From NCBI RefSeq assembly GCF_021028975.2, contig NC_059437.1:40734001-40798000 (forward strand): a stretch of DNA of 64,000 nt. Reading direction: 5' to 3'. Source of the DNA: Sphaerodactylus townsendi (taxonomy: Eukaryota). A model generated the notes under the pieces. It worked only from the letters and a program-made list of their open reading frames with translations, did not search any database and was not told the origin of the DNA. Shown piece by piece: positions 36,822 through 49,020 of this stretch. The stretch's first letter is position 1, and each line of letters opens with the position of its first letter. The position numbers and the translations under genes are program-made.

Positions 36822-37117
36822 CAGTGTTTCCCAATGTTTTCGACGTCACGGTACCCTTGACCTCACTCTTCATATCTCATGGTACCCCTGCCACTCCCCA
36901 TTATCTCTCCTCTAGTGTCCCTTGCCACCCCTCCCACCCTCCTGAAGCGGAAGCACAGGGTGGGCGTGAGTGGCTGCTGACCTTTGGCGGTGTCCTGCCC
37001 CCTGGGTCAGCTCCATGTCCTTGCTGGCGCCAGCGGAAGACACCACAAAAGTGAGGGGGGCTGGTAGCATTGCCGCGGCACCCCAGAGTACCATGGAACC
37101 CTGGTTGGGAATCACTG
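36822..37117. mobile_element. Non-autonomous hAT (Charlie-like) element
   Basis: TIR CAGTGTTTCCCAA / TTGGGAATCACTG; TSD GTCTACTG/ATCTACTG. Confidence 0.85.
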
Positions 37118-37391
37118 ATCTACTGGGTGTATTTAGAACTTAGAGAAACACAAGGGAATAGGGGTGTATAACATCAGGTCTGGCTGCTGGCAAGCAGTAC
37201 GAAGCCTCTAGTTTGACCAGACCTGCAGTAAGTGAAATCTTGAGCCGGCTGCCTGAAACTGACTTCAATTCGGATCAAACTCAGGTTTTGAGCAGAGCTT
37301 GGACTGCAGTACTGCAGCTTGTCACTCTGTGGTAGTGGGCTCCAACATTATTAAACTAGTTCCCTGTTAAATCTCAAGCATGCATGTGGAT

Positions 37392-37592
37392 CTGATGCGA
37401 ATAGCCCAGACTAGACCAATCTTGTCAGAACTTGGAAGCTAAGCAGGGGCTGCTCTGCTTAGTACTTGGCTGGAAGCCCATCAAGAAGTCCATGTCTGCT
37501 ATGCAGAGGTAGACAATGACAAACCACCTCTGAACGCCTCTTGAAAAACCTTTAAGGTCGCCGTAAGTTGTTTGCAACTTGATGGCAAAAAA
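37392..37592 (+). mobile_element. 5S rRNA-derived SINE (5S-Sauria-like)
   Basis: GGAAGCTAAGCAGGG..TTAGTACTTGG 5S internal promoter, then CAAACCACCTCTGAA...ACTTGATGGCA. Confidence 0.75.
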
Positions 37593-37850
37593 TGGCACAT
37601 AGCTATTATGGATGAGAAATGTGACATATATTTACTGTTATCAAACACTGGACATAGTTATCTCTGAAATGAAACACAACCAAGGGTGGAGGTATGCAAC
37701 TGAGAAAGGCAGAATTGTGTAGATGGCTTCGTGCTTGGTACCTGCTCTGAGTTCTGTGGGTCAATGTGAATAGGCTGCCATCTAGTCCAGAATCTGATCT
37801 CCCACCATGGCTAACCAATTATTATTGAGGGCCAACAACAGGGCATAGAG

Positions 37851-37926
37851 CCGTGGTGGCGAACCTTTGGCACTCCAGATGTTATGGACTACAATTCCCA
37901 TCAGCCCCTGCCAGCATGGCCAATTG
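37851..37926. mobile_element. Half hAT MITE retaining both TSDs
   Basis: Left arm only, ending at the palindrome centre CCAATTG; GCATAGAG on both sides. Confidence 0.85.
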
Positions 37927-39073
37927 GCATAGAGGCTAAAGCCTTCCCTTGATGTTGCCTCCTGACACTGATATTCAGAAGTTTATTGCCTCTGAACATG
38001 AAGGTTCTCTTTATTTACCATGGCTAGTAGCCACTGGTAGACCTGTCCTACCACCAGTCAGAGCAGTCACAAACACTGATAAGTTAGTAATCTAATTTGG
38101 TACAAGACAGCTTCATGTGTTCGGTTAAGGAACAGAATAAGGGAAATCAGTTCATCCCCATATACATTTACCGGTACTGAGGAGAACTTGGAAAGCAAGG
38201 CACCATACATGAGAGGGGGCCTCCCATCACAAAAACTCTGTGTGATGGGTTAAAGTGGGTAACATCACTCTTAATGGTGGAACATGAGTTTGTCAAAGTC
38301 CAAAGCTTGGTCTGCTACGCCACACTGGATCTGTGCAGTGACAGCTGCTTAGGACACTGTCCTTATAGACAGAGGCACTGATGGGTGTGAAAAAGAACAT
38401 CCTTCACTCCTGTCCACTTTTGACAGTTCGTCCAGGCTCACCGGCAACATCTTGTGATGGACAGTCAGACACACCATTTTACAGAAGGCTGCTCACATGC
38501 AGCTGAAATTGGCTCATCCGAGTAGCTCAGTTTAGATGTTTCCAAATCAACATGTGTCCCTTGGTGATGACCTTGGGATGCTTCCACAGGCCTGATCTTC
38601 ACAACCAGAGCTGTTTGGTTCAGCATCTTCTGTGCTCCAGGCTGTTGCTACAGTGAATGGTTGACATGTGGACAGAACCAATTAGACTGAGTGAAAAGTG
38701 CTGTCAGAAACCAAAGTTAAACAGTCCCTGAGCTAGTAGGTTAATTCTTGCTCCAAAATGTTTGCTCCCCTAAGGAGGGGGTTCTTTCTGCATAGGTATA
38801 ATAACTGTAACGTTGGGTGTTATTTATTTATGCGTGCATTTAATATGGATGTGCTGCCATTACAAATTACAAATATGCAACTGCCTTATATAAGTCAAAG
38901 AACTGGTCCATTGTTTACTCTGACTATAGCGGGTTCCACATGATGAGAAGGACTCTTTGTATTGCCTTCATCACCTCTGCAGATGCACAGCGATGTACTT
39001 CCACACGCAATGGAACTTCCACACCTGTGAGTTTTCTGTGAGTTTTCTGAATTTTTCCCTTGCACATGTGCAA

Positions 39074-39395
39074 GTGCGGTGTAGTGGTTAAGAGCAGGTG
39101 CACTCTAATCTGGAGGAACCGGGTTTGATTCCCTGCTCTGCCACCTGAGCTGTGAAGGCTTATCTGGTGAACCAGATTAGCTTGTGCACTCCCACACACG
39201 CCAGATGGGTGACCTTGGGCTAGTCACAGTTCTTCAGAGCTCTCTCAGCCCCACCCCAATCTGAAGAACCAAATGAGGTTCCCCACTTCTCCATGTGCAG
39301 TCTGCTTGGTGATCTTGGTGCCTGGGGTGGGGGTGGCAAGCTGCTTTGAGGCTCCTCACAGCAGAGAAAAGCAAGGTATAAACAACTTTCTTCTC
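39074..39395 (+). mobile_element. tRNA-derived SINE(s), composite
   Basis: Squam3-like head and core joined to a second SINE segment. Confidence 0.8.
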
Positions 39396-39464
39396 ATCTG
39401 GTTTCAGATTAACCTGTATTCATAGATCTGTGTCTACGAGACCTGATTTGTGGTGGGCCTATAC

Positions 39465-39612
39465 CAGGGGTAGGGAACCTGCGGCTCTCCAGATGCTCAG
39501 GAACTACAATTCCCACCAGCCCCTACCAGCATGGCCAATTGGCCATGCTGACAGAGGCTGATGGGAATTGTAGTTCCTGAACATCTGGAGAGCCGCAGGT
39601 TCCCTACTCCTG
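39465..39612. mobile_element. hAT palindromic MITE, full length (148 bp)
   Basis: CAGGGGTAGGGAACC...GGTTCCCTACTCCTG; perfect TSD GCCTATAC. Confidence 0.93.
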
Positions 39613-39642
39613 GCCTATACCAACCAGCCCACTGCCTGCATG

Positions 39643-40081
39643 TGTAACCTCTATCTGTGGGTTCTGTGGGGCAGAACTTGGAACGAGTTTGCAACAACAA
39701 ATTTTTAAAAAAACAAAATGGTTTATTTTCTTAACATATAACATATAACATCACACTTCAAGGTCCTGTTCAGGTTGCATTTTCAAGTCCTTATATTTAC
39801 AGTCTACTGATACTGCCAAGTCCAATTCTTCTTTGCAAGTGGGTTGGCTCCTGAAGACTCCAAGGGCTTGGTGAACAGGATTCAACATGAGGAAGGTTTC
39901 CAGGAGAACTCTCACCCATTACAAACACAAAAAACCCTTAACAAGGTGTTAAGGGCTTATACAAATCAAGGTCCGAGTCTGGTAGCCTTGTCTCCTCCAA
40001 ACTACAGGAGCTCTGCAGCCTCTTGCTGCTTTGAGTCTCCACCCCTTTCTGGGTCAACCCATTCTGAGCATGGGGGTTACA
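39643..40081 (-). mobile_element. Solo LTR (Gypsy/ERV-type, 439 bp)
   Basis: TGTAACC...GGTTACA termini, perfect 4-bp TSD CATG, minus-strand AATAAA near 39722. Confidence 0.85.
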
Positions 40082-40711
40082 CATGTACATTTGCATTGTC
40101 ACAAATAAGAGAGGCTGTCATTTCAAATAATTTTTAAGTGTCATCAACTTTCACCTGAAAGCAGGTGCTATAGATGTGTGGACATCTCTTGATTGTTTTG
40201 GCAATCACCAGACATGGGCATCTCATCAGTTGTTCAAATGCTATCAAATCCCAATTACTATTTCATGCAGAGGCACCAAATGTGCAATGGCTTACATGCT
40301 AACTGTCAAAAATTGCATTATATTAAATATTGAAATGGAAAAAACAAGGCCCAGTACTGAATACTGAAATCAACTCTCAAACACATATAAAATTAAATAA
40401 TCTGACTTGTTCTTTTAAATAGACATATCATTTTACTCTCAGTCCAACCTGAAATAGATATGTCACTTTTCACTATAGTGGTGAATTTCCCTTAGAACTA
40501 GAAGTCTTTCATGCCCACAATGCTATAGGCAATATAACTTAATAGAAGATTCCTATTTTCAATCAACTGCAACTTCTGCGTTACAGGTATGTATAACTGA
40601 TACTCCTTGACTGAAACATTTGTCTTTTGCTTTTTCAGCAATCCTCTTCCTTCTTCCTGTCTTTACTTCCTTTGCCATTTTCCCCCTCTGCCTTCCCACC
40701 ATGATGAGGAC

Positions 40712-40955
40712 ATGAGACAAGCTCTGCTGGACTAGACTAGACTAGACTAGACTAGACTAGATCAACAGTCTATCTAGTCTTGTATTCTGTTTCCCAGAGG
40801 GACCAACCACATGCTCCCACAAGGCCGACAAACAGAACCCAAAGATGCTTGCTACTGTTGAACATTGACGTTTGAAGGTTTTCTTGCTCTTAACAAAACC
40901 ATTCAATGGACTGGTCCTCCATGAATTGGTTTATTCCTCTTCTAAATCCATCTAA
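40712..40955 (-). mobile_element. Old CR1-like 3' end containing an (ACTAG)6 microsatellite
   Basis: CTGCTGGA..AGTCTATCTAGTC motif typical of reversed reptile CR1 tails. Confidence 0.5.
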
Positions 40956-42638
40956 AGGGGTGATATTCATCTCTCAATTCATACAAACTGCCTGTCTCTC
41001 CCATCAGTCAAATTGTCTAGTGTTTGTCCCCAAGGATTGGATTGCAGATTAACCCAGGCAGAAAACAAGCCAAGGGGACACTGAAAAAATAGAAATAGGC
41101 CTTAAATCATGGGTCTTCAAATGGTGTGGGGAAACTCTCAGTACCTATGTATCTCTCTTACTCCCTTCACTGAAAGAAATCACTGTCCTCTTCCCATTCC
41201 TGACCATTCATATCCCTCAAGGGAGGATCCAAGTTGGACATAACACATGCTAGAAGCAAAGTATTTTCTTTACTTCTTCCAGAGCTTAGTTTTGCCCCCC
41301 AAAATAGAGTTTAGGGGACAGTCCAATTGGAGTGCTCTAGAAGAAACAGGGTTTGGACAGTCAGGATGAAATCTACTTTACATGTCAATTGCTAAGCTCT
41401 ATTTATTAAAAACATTCAGATTATTATGGATTTGATTCACTCTCACACCTACACTACAAGACATGGATCCTCATTAATTTTTCATTGTCAATCTTGATGG
41501 CAATAAATATAATAACTTGTTGAGTCTGCATATCAATGAGAGTTGTAACTAGTATTATGTATCACTCAATCAATCAATATTTTATTTCGGTCAAAGACCA
41601 GAAAATATCAGATATAAAACATAAAATCCAGATAATACATTTCCAGACCAGATACAAAATAAAATTGAGGTAACCAGTTTCCAAAGACTGTTTGTCCAAA
41701 CCTTAATGTAAGTTCAAGTTAAAAAACTGGAATAAAATTGACTAAAAGATAGTATTATGTATCAGTAGTAGCAGCTGTGATTGTTGTAGCAGCTATTGAC
41801 ATGTTTTGTCAAATATCTTTCAAAAGTTGGATGTGAAGGCTTCCATCTTCATTTTTCAGCATGAAAACAAAGCTCTGGGAAACTATCAATTGCAGAAATT
41901 CAGACTTTAACAAAAGAGAAAATGGGAGGGGGGGCTGTCCTTTGGATTTATTATGCATTCCATCAAATTTGCATCAAAATCTTGGTTATTTTATTCCTGA
42001 AACACTTTTGATGGCAAAAAGGGCTCAAGCAGATCTACTCAGAAGTAAGCCCAATGTTATCTACCGACTGTCACTTCCAGGACTACCCAGGCTTTAGGAT
42101 ATAAAAGATGTTTCAAGTCCAGATCAAAATCTTCCTTCAGGTTAGAGCATTTTAAAAAGAAGCAGCGGGAGAAGCAGAGTTTGACTGCAACAGGATGAAA
42201 GCAAGTGACGCTTTGAACTTAGCTGACCCACGAGACCCTCGAAAGTCAACAGTCCAAATGGTTAGTACACAGATCACATGGATTTGTCTCATTAGGTCTC
42301 CATCAAAGTGCTCCTGATTTCAGTAAATCGGATTAAAATAAAAGGAGACGGGTTGTTTGGGTTATCTCTCCCTAGCATCTGCCTAACTGCTTACCAGAGC
42401 TAATGGCTAAGGGGGATGGGTGGGGGTGTTAGCTATTGTTGTACATTTCCGGAGAAATCTATCAGATTCCTTCACCCATACATATNNNNNNNNNNNNNNN
42501 NNNNNNNNNNNNNNNNNNNNNNNNNNNNNNNNNNNNNNNNNNNNNNNNNNNNNNNNNNNNNNNNNNNNNNNNNNNNNNNNNNNNNNNNNNNNNNNNNNNN
42601 NNNNNNNNNNNNNNNNNNNNNNNNNNNNNNNNNNNNNN

Positions 42639-42876
42639 AATAAGATATCACCTGAGAATAAGACATAGTAGAGGTTTTGCTGAAGTGCTAAATATAAAAC
42701 ATCCCCCGAAAGTAAGACGTAGCAAAGGTTTTGTTTGGAAGCATGCCCGTCGAACAGAACACCAGAACATGCAGCTGAGGAGTGGAAAAATAAGACATCC
42801 CCTGAAAATAAGACATAACGCATCTTTGGGAGCAAAAATTAATATAAGACACTGTCTTATTTTCGGAGAAACACGG
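42639..42876. mobile_element. Tc1/mariner (Tc2/pogo-type) MITE, second copy, running into a gap
   Basis: Reverse orientation of the 19644 copy; ends TTTTCGGAGAAACACGG next to (TA)n. Confidence 0.88.
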
Positions 42877-45464
42877 TGTATATATATATATATATACACA
42901 CACTCAGACTTTAGGATATAAAAGATGTTTCAAGTCCAGATCAAAATCTTCCTTCAGGTTAGAACATTTTAAAAGAAGCAGCGGGTTCTTTTTATATATA
43001 TCTTTATGTATATATAAAGAGAATCAGAGGGGAGTAGGGGCAGTAGAGGCATCTACAGGCGAAAGGGGTGAATCGACAAAAGGGCGGTCAATCATGTTGA
43101 ATAAAAATATTTATTTTTGTGGTGCATTCATATGCCACCATTTAGAAATTGCTCGAAGCACCCCACAGAACTCAGCCCATACCTATCTTGTGCACCATCC
43201 TATATTCAAAGTGGCCAGGTAAATGTTCCCAAAAGGATTTGAAACCCCACTATTTGTCAAATGTTAGTGTTATGCAATGGAACATGCAGGCTCCCTTGAC
43301 TATATTGGGGCTAGGCCTCATGTTTCCATGGCTGAATTTGTGCACTGAATTAATTCTAAATATGTTCCCTTGACTTGTGGACCAGATCAGGCCTGTGAAG
43401 GTGCGGTTTCTTATGGGAAGGGCAGTGGCTAAGAATGGAGCTTCATTTCCAAAATGAAAGGAAACCACAAGGCTACATTTTGCTATTTGAACGCGGATGG
43501 ACACCTTTACCTGGAAGTGATGTCATATATCGTGGAAGTCCATTGCCATTGTTTCTTAAGCATGGTTTTACGCAGATTTTGTTTGTTTGTATTTTGCATT
43601 TTTACCCTGCCAATCTCCCTAAGGGGCTCGAGGCAGCTTACCCATATACATAATAAAACAATACAATCATGTAAAAACAGTATAAAAATATAAACATTAA
43701 AACCAGTCACCAACAAGATGGCATAAAAACCTACGTAAGAACATAATTTGCAAGGAGGTTGCAAATTTCCCCCTAAATGAACAGATTAACAGCTGATGTA
43801 TTTTTTTAGCACGCACCTGGATACATTTTGTGCAATAACAAAAACATACACAGTAGCGACAAAAATTTTGTGTAGTTAAGGCGTATGGGAACTGATAGGG
43901 AGCTTGGCTGACTTATAGGTAAGAAAAAAGAGGTTGGAAAAAGAATGAAGAACGAATATTTCCCTCGTGATTTTCTCTCCTGTTCTCTATTTTTCCTCTC
44001 TTTCAGTTAGAAAAAAAATGCCACTTGTGGAATTTATGGGTCAGGAAGTGGGGAGGGCTATTTATTTATTTTATCTGAGTAAGAGTAAGCAATGTATTAT
44101 GTGTAGAATTATCAAACTCCCCCTATGGAGGCCAAGGGCCTGCCAGACTATTAGACCCATTTATGTTTTCCGCCCTTGTTCTTTTCTTGCCATGTGATGT
44201 TGCATCTACACAACGTCACGCAACACAGATGAAGCTCGGCTTATGCACCACACTTAGGAGCACCGCAAGGATTTTCTTGCTGCATTAAATGAAAGGTCCA
44301 TCTAGTCTTGCACTGTGTTTCCTTTGGAGGGTGTGTGTGTATTTTTTTTTAATTTTTATAATACAAACAATAAACAATATGAGCTATTTGTAGCGGGACA
44401 TAGAAGCTAGCTGTGATGACATTATTTATAATTATTAGTGGCAGTTTTGTTTGAAGCTGTGCCTACACAAATGTTCGTTGTATTTATCTGTATTTATGCA
44501 CCAATTCTCCAGTGAAAACAGGGACAATCTTTTGTATTTGTACTGCACCATTCCTACACCATTAATGCACACGCCACGGCTGCATATTCTTGAAAGTTCA
44601 TAAATGTGTATTCTTTGCCCTACAATAGCCCATCCACTGACCTGTTTTAAAGCAAGGATGTTACTTTCAGGCCGTACGCTTTCACGATGAGTCAAAGCTC
44701 ACTTTTTGTTAGATGAAAATAGGAATGAAGATTCATCAGCCTTTAGGACTACATCAAAAGGTGAGTTATAAAGGAAGACCCGTCGGAATCACAGTGCAAA
44801 GGTTCAGTGCCCTTTAAAAACAACCATATTTATTGTGGCAGACTCTTGTGTGAGCCAGAGACCACTTCAAAGCAAGATTAATGTATCTAAACTTCTAATG
44901 AGGGACGATGATTTTCTGCAGAAGGTAGCTTACTCCTAGTCTCTCTTCAGACCTGACCAGAAAGAGTCAAACGTGAATAATTGCAGCCCAGCAGTTCCTT
45001 GTACCCATGTGTGTATTTATACTACTGAAAGTGATGCTTTGTGTATTACTGGAAGTGGCCTCTGGCTAGTGAACAATTCTGCACACTAAATATGCAAGGT
45101 TTTTTATTCCCTCCCCCCCCCCCAAAACCCCTCTTTGTCACATTTGGAATGTGTTTCCTCCTCTTGAATTGTCATAAAGCTCAAATACAGAGAGATCTCA
45201 TGATCTGCTTGCATGTGTGAGCTATCCTCCTAGGGATTGCTGTAACAGGGAAATAAAGGAATTTTATCCCAAAGCAGCCTAGTCATAAAGAGGGTTTGTA
45301 TGTGTACTTTCACTCACGAGCTGAGTCCCCCTGGGCTCATCTGAAACCATGTGCTCTGCCTCTTCCGGTTTCGCTTATGGCATCTTTGTGGTTGTGTAGA
45401 TAGCTTTCCACAGAGGTTACTGGAAGAAGTAGTTGCTCAGTTCTGTTCCTTGGTTTGGAGATAG

Positions 45465-45628
45465 GCCATTGCACTAACTGGGAGTGTGGTGGAATCTCCT
45501 TCTTTGGAGGTTTTTAAAGAGAGGCTGGATGGCCATCTGTCAGGAGTGCTTTGACTGTGTGTTCCTGCATTGCAGGTGGTAGGACTTGATGGCCCTTGAA
45601 GTCTCTTCCAACTCTATGATTCTATGAT
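45465..45628 (+). mobile_element. CR1 LINE 3' end
   Basis: GAGGCTGGATGGCCATCTGTCAGGAGTG...TCCAACTCTATGATTCTATGA. Confidence 0.88.
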
Positions 45629-46185
45629 GCCCTTCCACAAATTTATCTTCTAGGATGGAAGTCCTGGGCTTGGCAGGGATGTTCTCAGTGTATACTGGTT
45701 GAATTCCGTGAAGAGAGGGACACATCCCATATAGCTGGAAATAGTCTACAAGACCTTTCCACACCAAACACTTAGAAGGAGACAATCTACACTTTGTAAA
45801 AATCCTGGTGTATCATTCTAACATAGGTGGTTGTGTTTAAGTCCAATTTTACAGGTGGGGTGGCAGGGAGCATTTTAATGACCTTAGCAGCCCTGTTCAG
45901 TCTGTCACGGGCAGTTTGGGTGGATTGGATCGGGGTCTTAAATACTACACTGACTAATCCATTCGTACTTTGCCAGGAGAGCAAAACTGTGCAAGCGTAG
46001 CTCTTTCATAAATTTGTCTGTTTGGCTTTTTTGCACCTGCCCCTTTGATTCTTCTCAAGAAAGAAGAATTGTTGAGTTTGCAGGGAGGGCTATTACTAGA
46101 TAGTATCATCAGATCAAGAGGTTGCTAGTTCTAATCTCTCTTGTGTCATGAATTTCGTAAATAGCCTTTGGTAACTTCTTCTCCA

Positions 46186-46622
46186 GCCAGGATAGTGTAG
46201 TAGCGGATAACAGTGACAGACTTTAATATTGAGAACCAGATTTGATACCCCACTCCTCCACATGAGCTCTAACCTTGTGAACCTGCTTTATTTCTTCATC
46301 CCTACACATGAACCCTGTTCTGCAACCTTGGGCTAGTCATAGTTCTTTTCAGAATTCTCACAGCCGCACCTACCTCACAAGGGCTCATTCCGCGCATGCA
46401 GAATAATGCACTTTCAAACTGCTTTCAGTGCTCTTTGAAGCTGTGCGGAATAGCAAAATCCACTTGCAAACAGTTGGGAAAGTGGTTTGAAAACACATTA
46501 TTTTGTGTGTGCGGAAGGGGCCAAGGTGTCTGTTGTGGGGAGAGGAAAGTGATTGTAAGCTACTTTGAGATTCCTTAAAAGTAGAGAAAAAGCAAAGTAT
46601 AAAATCCAACTCTTCTTCCTCT
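46186..46622 (+). mobile_element. tRNA SINE with nested Harbinger MITE (46382-46522, TSD AAG)
   Basis: CCTACCTCACAAG|MITE|AAGGTGTCTGTTGTG. Confidence 0.88.
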
Positions 46623-47001
46623 TAAGTCAGCCAATGTGTTGATGGTCATACTGGGTTACTCTAGGGACTCTTGTAAGATTTGCAGCATGATAATACACAT
46701 GACCCAAGCACCAAAAACACTATGCAAATAATAATGTGTTCTTCATGGCTAATAAGAATTGCTTTTTCCTCATGAAAGGCAGAAGGCCTCAAAGTTTCCA
46801 ACTAGCAAATCCAGCAGTATGAGGAACACATTTGGCTTTGTTCTCTACCCATGCTCAGAGGGGCTTGAAATCATTAGACACCCAGACTTACACAGTGGTC
46901 CAGTATCTGGCTATTCATTCCATCTCCCCTTTCTTGAATAATGTATCCATTAAGTCAATGGACTTAGAAGAGTGTAACTCTACTTTAGGATGGGACTGCT
47001 T

Positions 47002-47142
47002 GGCTCATTCCGCACATGCAGAATAATGCACTTTCAAACTGCTTTCAGTGCTCTTTGAAGCTGTGCGGAATAGCAAAATCCACTTGCAAACAGTTGTGAA
47101 AGTGGTTTGAAAATGCATTATTTTGTGTGTGCGGAAGGGGCC
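47002..47142. mobile_element. Harbinger-type palindromic MITE
   Basis: 141 bp, TSD CTT. Confidence 0.92.
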
Positions 47143-48869
47143 CTTGGTTTTTTGATGCGTGGATCAGAAATGTTCTTCCCCTCACTATGAGCAAAAGAGA
47201 AAACTATGTGATCCTATTCTTTTATTTTTATTTTTTTGCCTTCCATGTCATTTATTCCCTGTCACTTCCTTTCCTTTTAATATGTCTGTTTACCGGCATT
47301 TAAACAGGTTATTATTCAGTAAATGTTGGAAACAATATCTGTTGGTTTTCCCAAAATGTTGATTTTCTTTTATTTTCTTCTTTGTGTTTCCAACTATGAT
47401 TGACTTTCAGTTTCTTTGGGCGGCTTCTTTTTTCTTACGGAGATGGCCAACAAGTTCCTTTTTCATTTGTTTTTAAAATCAATGTTAAATGCATAAGGAT
47501 ACTCTCAGTTTTAAAAATAGAGACTGCCAGGAAAAGAAATTCCATTTTGAGAGGGAGGGAGGGAGAGCTACTGAGGCAATCTGTTCCACCTCAAGAAAGC
47601 CTTTATAATGAGTAGCACTGAATTTCTTGGATAGCTTCACTGGTGGCTAAATTGCCTGACAGACTTCTAGGAAGAGTTGGTGGCTATTGGAAAGATAATT
47701 ATTGATGAGGGGGGAAGGGAAGAAGCAAACATCTGAAGATGAAAATGCATGAAAGGCAGGCTGTTTGTTGCAAACTCAAAAATCTCTTTTGCTGTTCTTT
47801 CTGAAATTCCCTTTACATCCCCCCTCCCCCGCCCCCAACATGGTGGCCTTTAACCTGAGCCAGCTCCCTCTGCAGATGGGTAGTTTCTTTGGCTAGTTTC
47901 TTTGACAGGAAGTCACATTTCTGTTGTGCTTCTTTCCTTCCGCTTCTCAAAGGATTGAACGTGTCCTCACCCGTCCTCACCCGAGTTTTGGTAGAAAGCA
48001 TCTAAGCGAGGGGAAAACATTACAACTGGGCCCAGCATGCGCTTGCGTGTCCATGTGTGTGTCCATCATGTTCGCAGTCCATCAATCTGATAAAGGCCTG
48101 TAGCAGGACATTACTGCTGGTTTCATGGGGTTTGGTGGGACTTACACTCGTGTACGAAGGCATAGGACGGTAGCCTTAAGGTTCTAAAAGACTCCTCTGT
48201 GTTTGTGTTGCAAGAGATTGCATGCAGTGGTTGGGAATTAATTTTGTAGCCAATGCAAAATTACTAAGAGACCGTCAGAATCTGTCTATGCTTCCAGTGT
48301 GTGTTTTCAACTATGATTGCATTCCTGCCACGGCCTTTTTTCTCTCGTGGAGATGGTCAACGTGTTCCTTTGACAGGATCATTGCTGGTTGGATCTCATC
48401 TGACGCAATTGTCCCCCATGAGAAAAAAAGGAGAACGAACTTTCCGGAAGAAGACCTCCTCTGATTTTTGGAAGAAAAGCTTTCTGCACATAGGGGTTGG
48501 ATTGTTTATTTAGTTAAATATGTGTATCCCACCATTCCTTGTGTCTCAAAACAGCCTCCACATCAAAATTTAAAACATTACCATTTAAAATCGATGGAAC
48601 AAAACTCCCCTCCCCCTCCCCACTGCCCCAAGTGATGCCTGAAGTTTATACCCCATTACAAGTCCTGGGGAATACAATGGCCTTGCAGCTCCTGGGAGGA
48701 ATTTCCAAGGACAGCAATACCCCCCACCCCTCAAGAAGTCCATTCAGCACAGTTACAATGGAAAAGAAATGGGCTGCTGTCTTCATCTTGCCTTCCTTGG
48801 GGCCATCTCAAAGGAGTCTGTCCTGCCACCCTTGGACATCAGATGGCTGAATGGATTAGTAAGACATGT

Positions 48870-49020
48870 GGCCCCTTCCGCACATGCAGAATAACGCACT
48901 TTCAATCCACGTTCATAATTGTTTGCAAGTGGATTTTGCTATTTTGCACAGTGAAATCCAGCTGACAAATGCATTGAAAGTGGATTGAAAGTGCATTATT
49001 TTGCATGTGCGGAAGGGGTC
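48870..49020. mobile_element. Harbinger-type palindromic MITE
   Basis: GGCCCCTTCCGCAC...GTGCGGAAGGGGTC. Confidence 0.88.
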
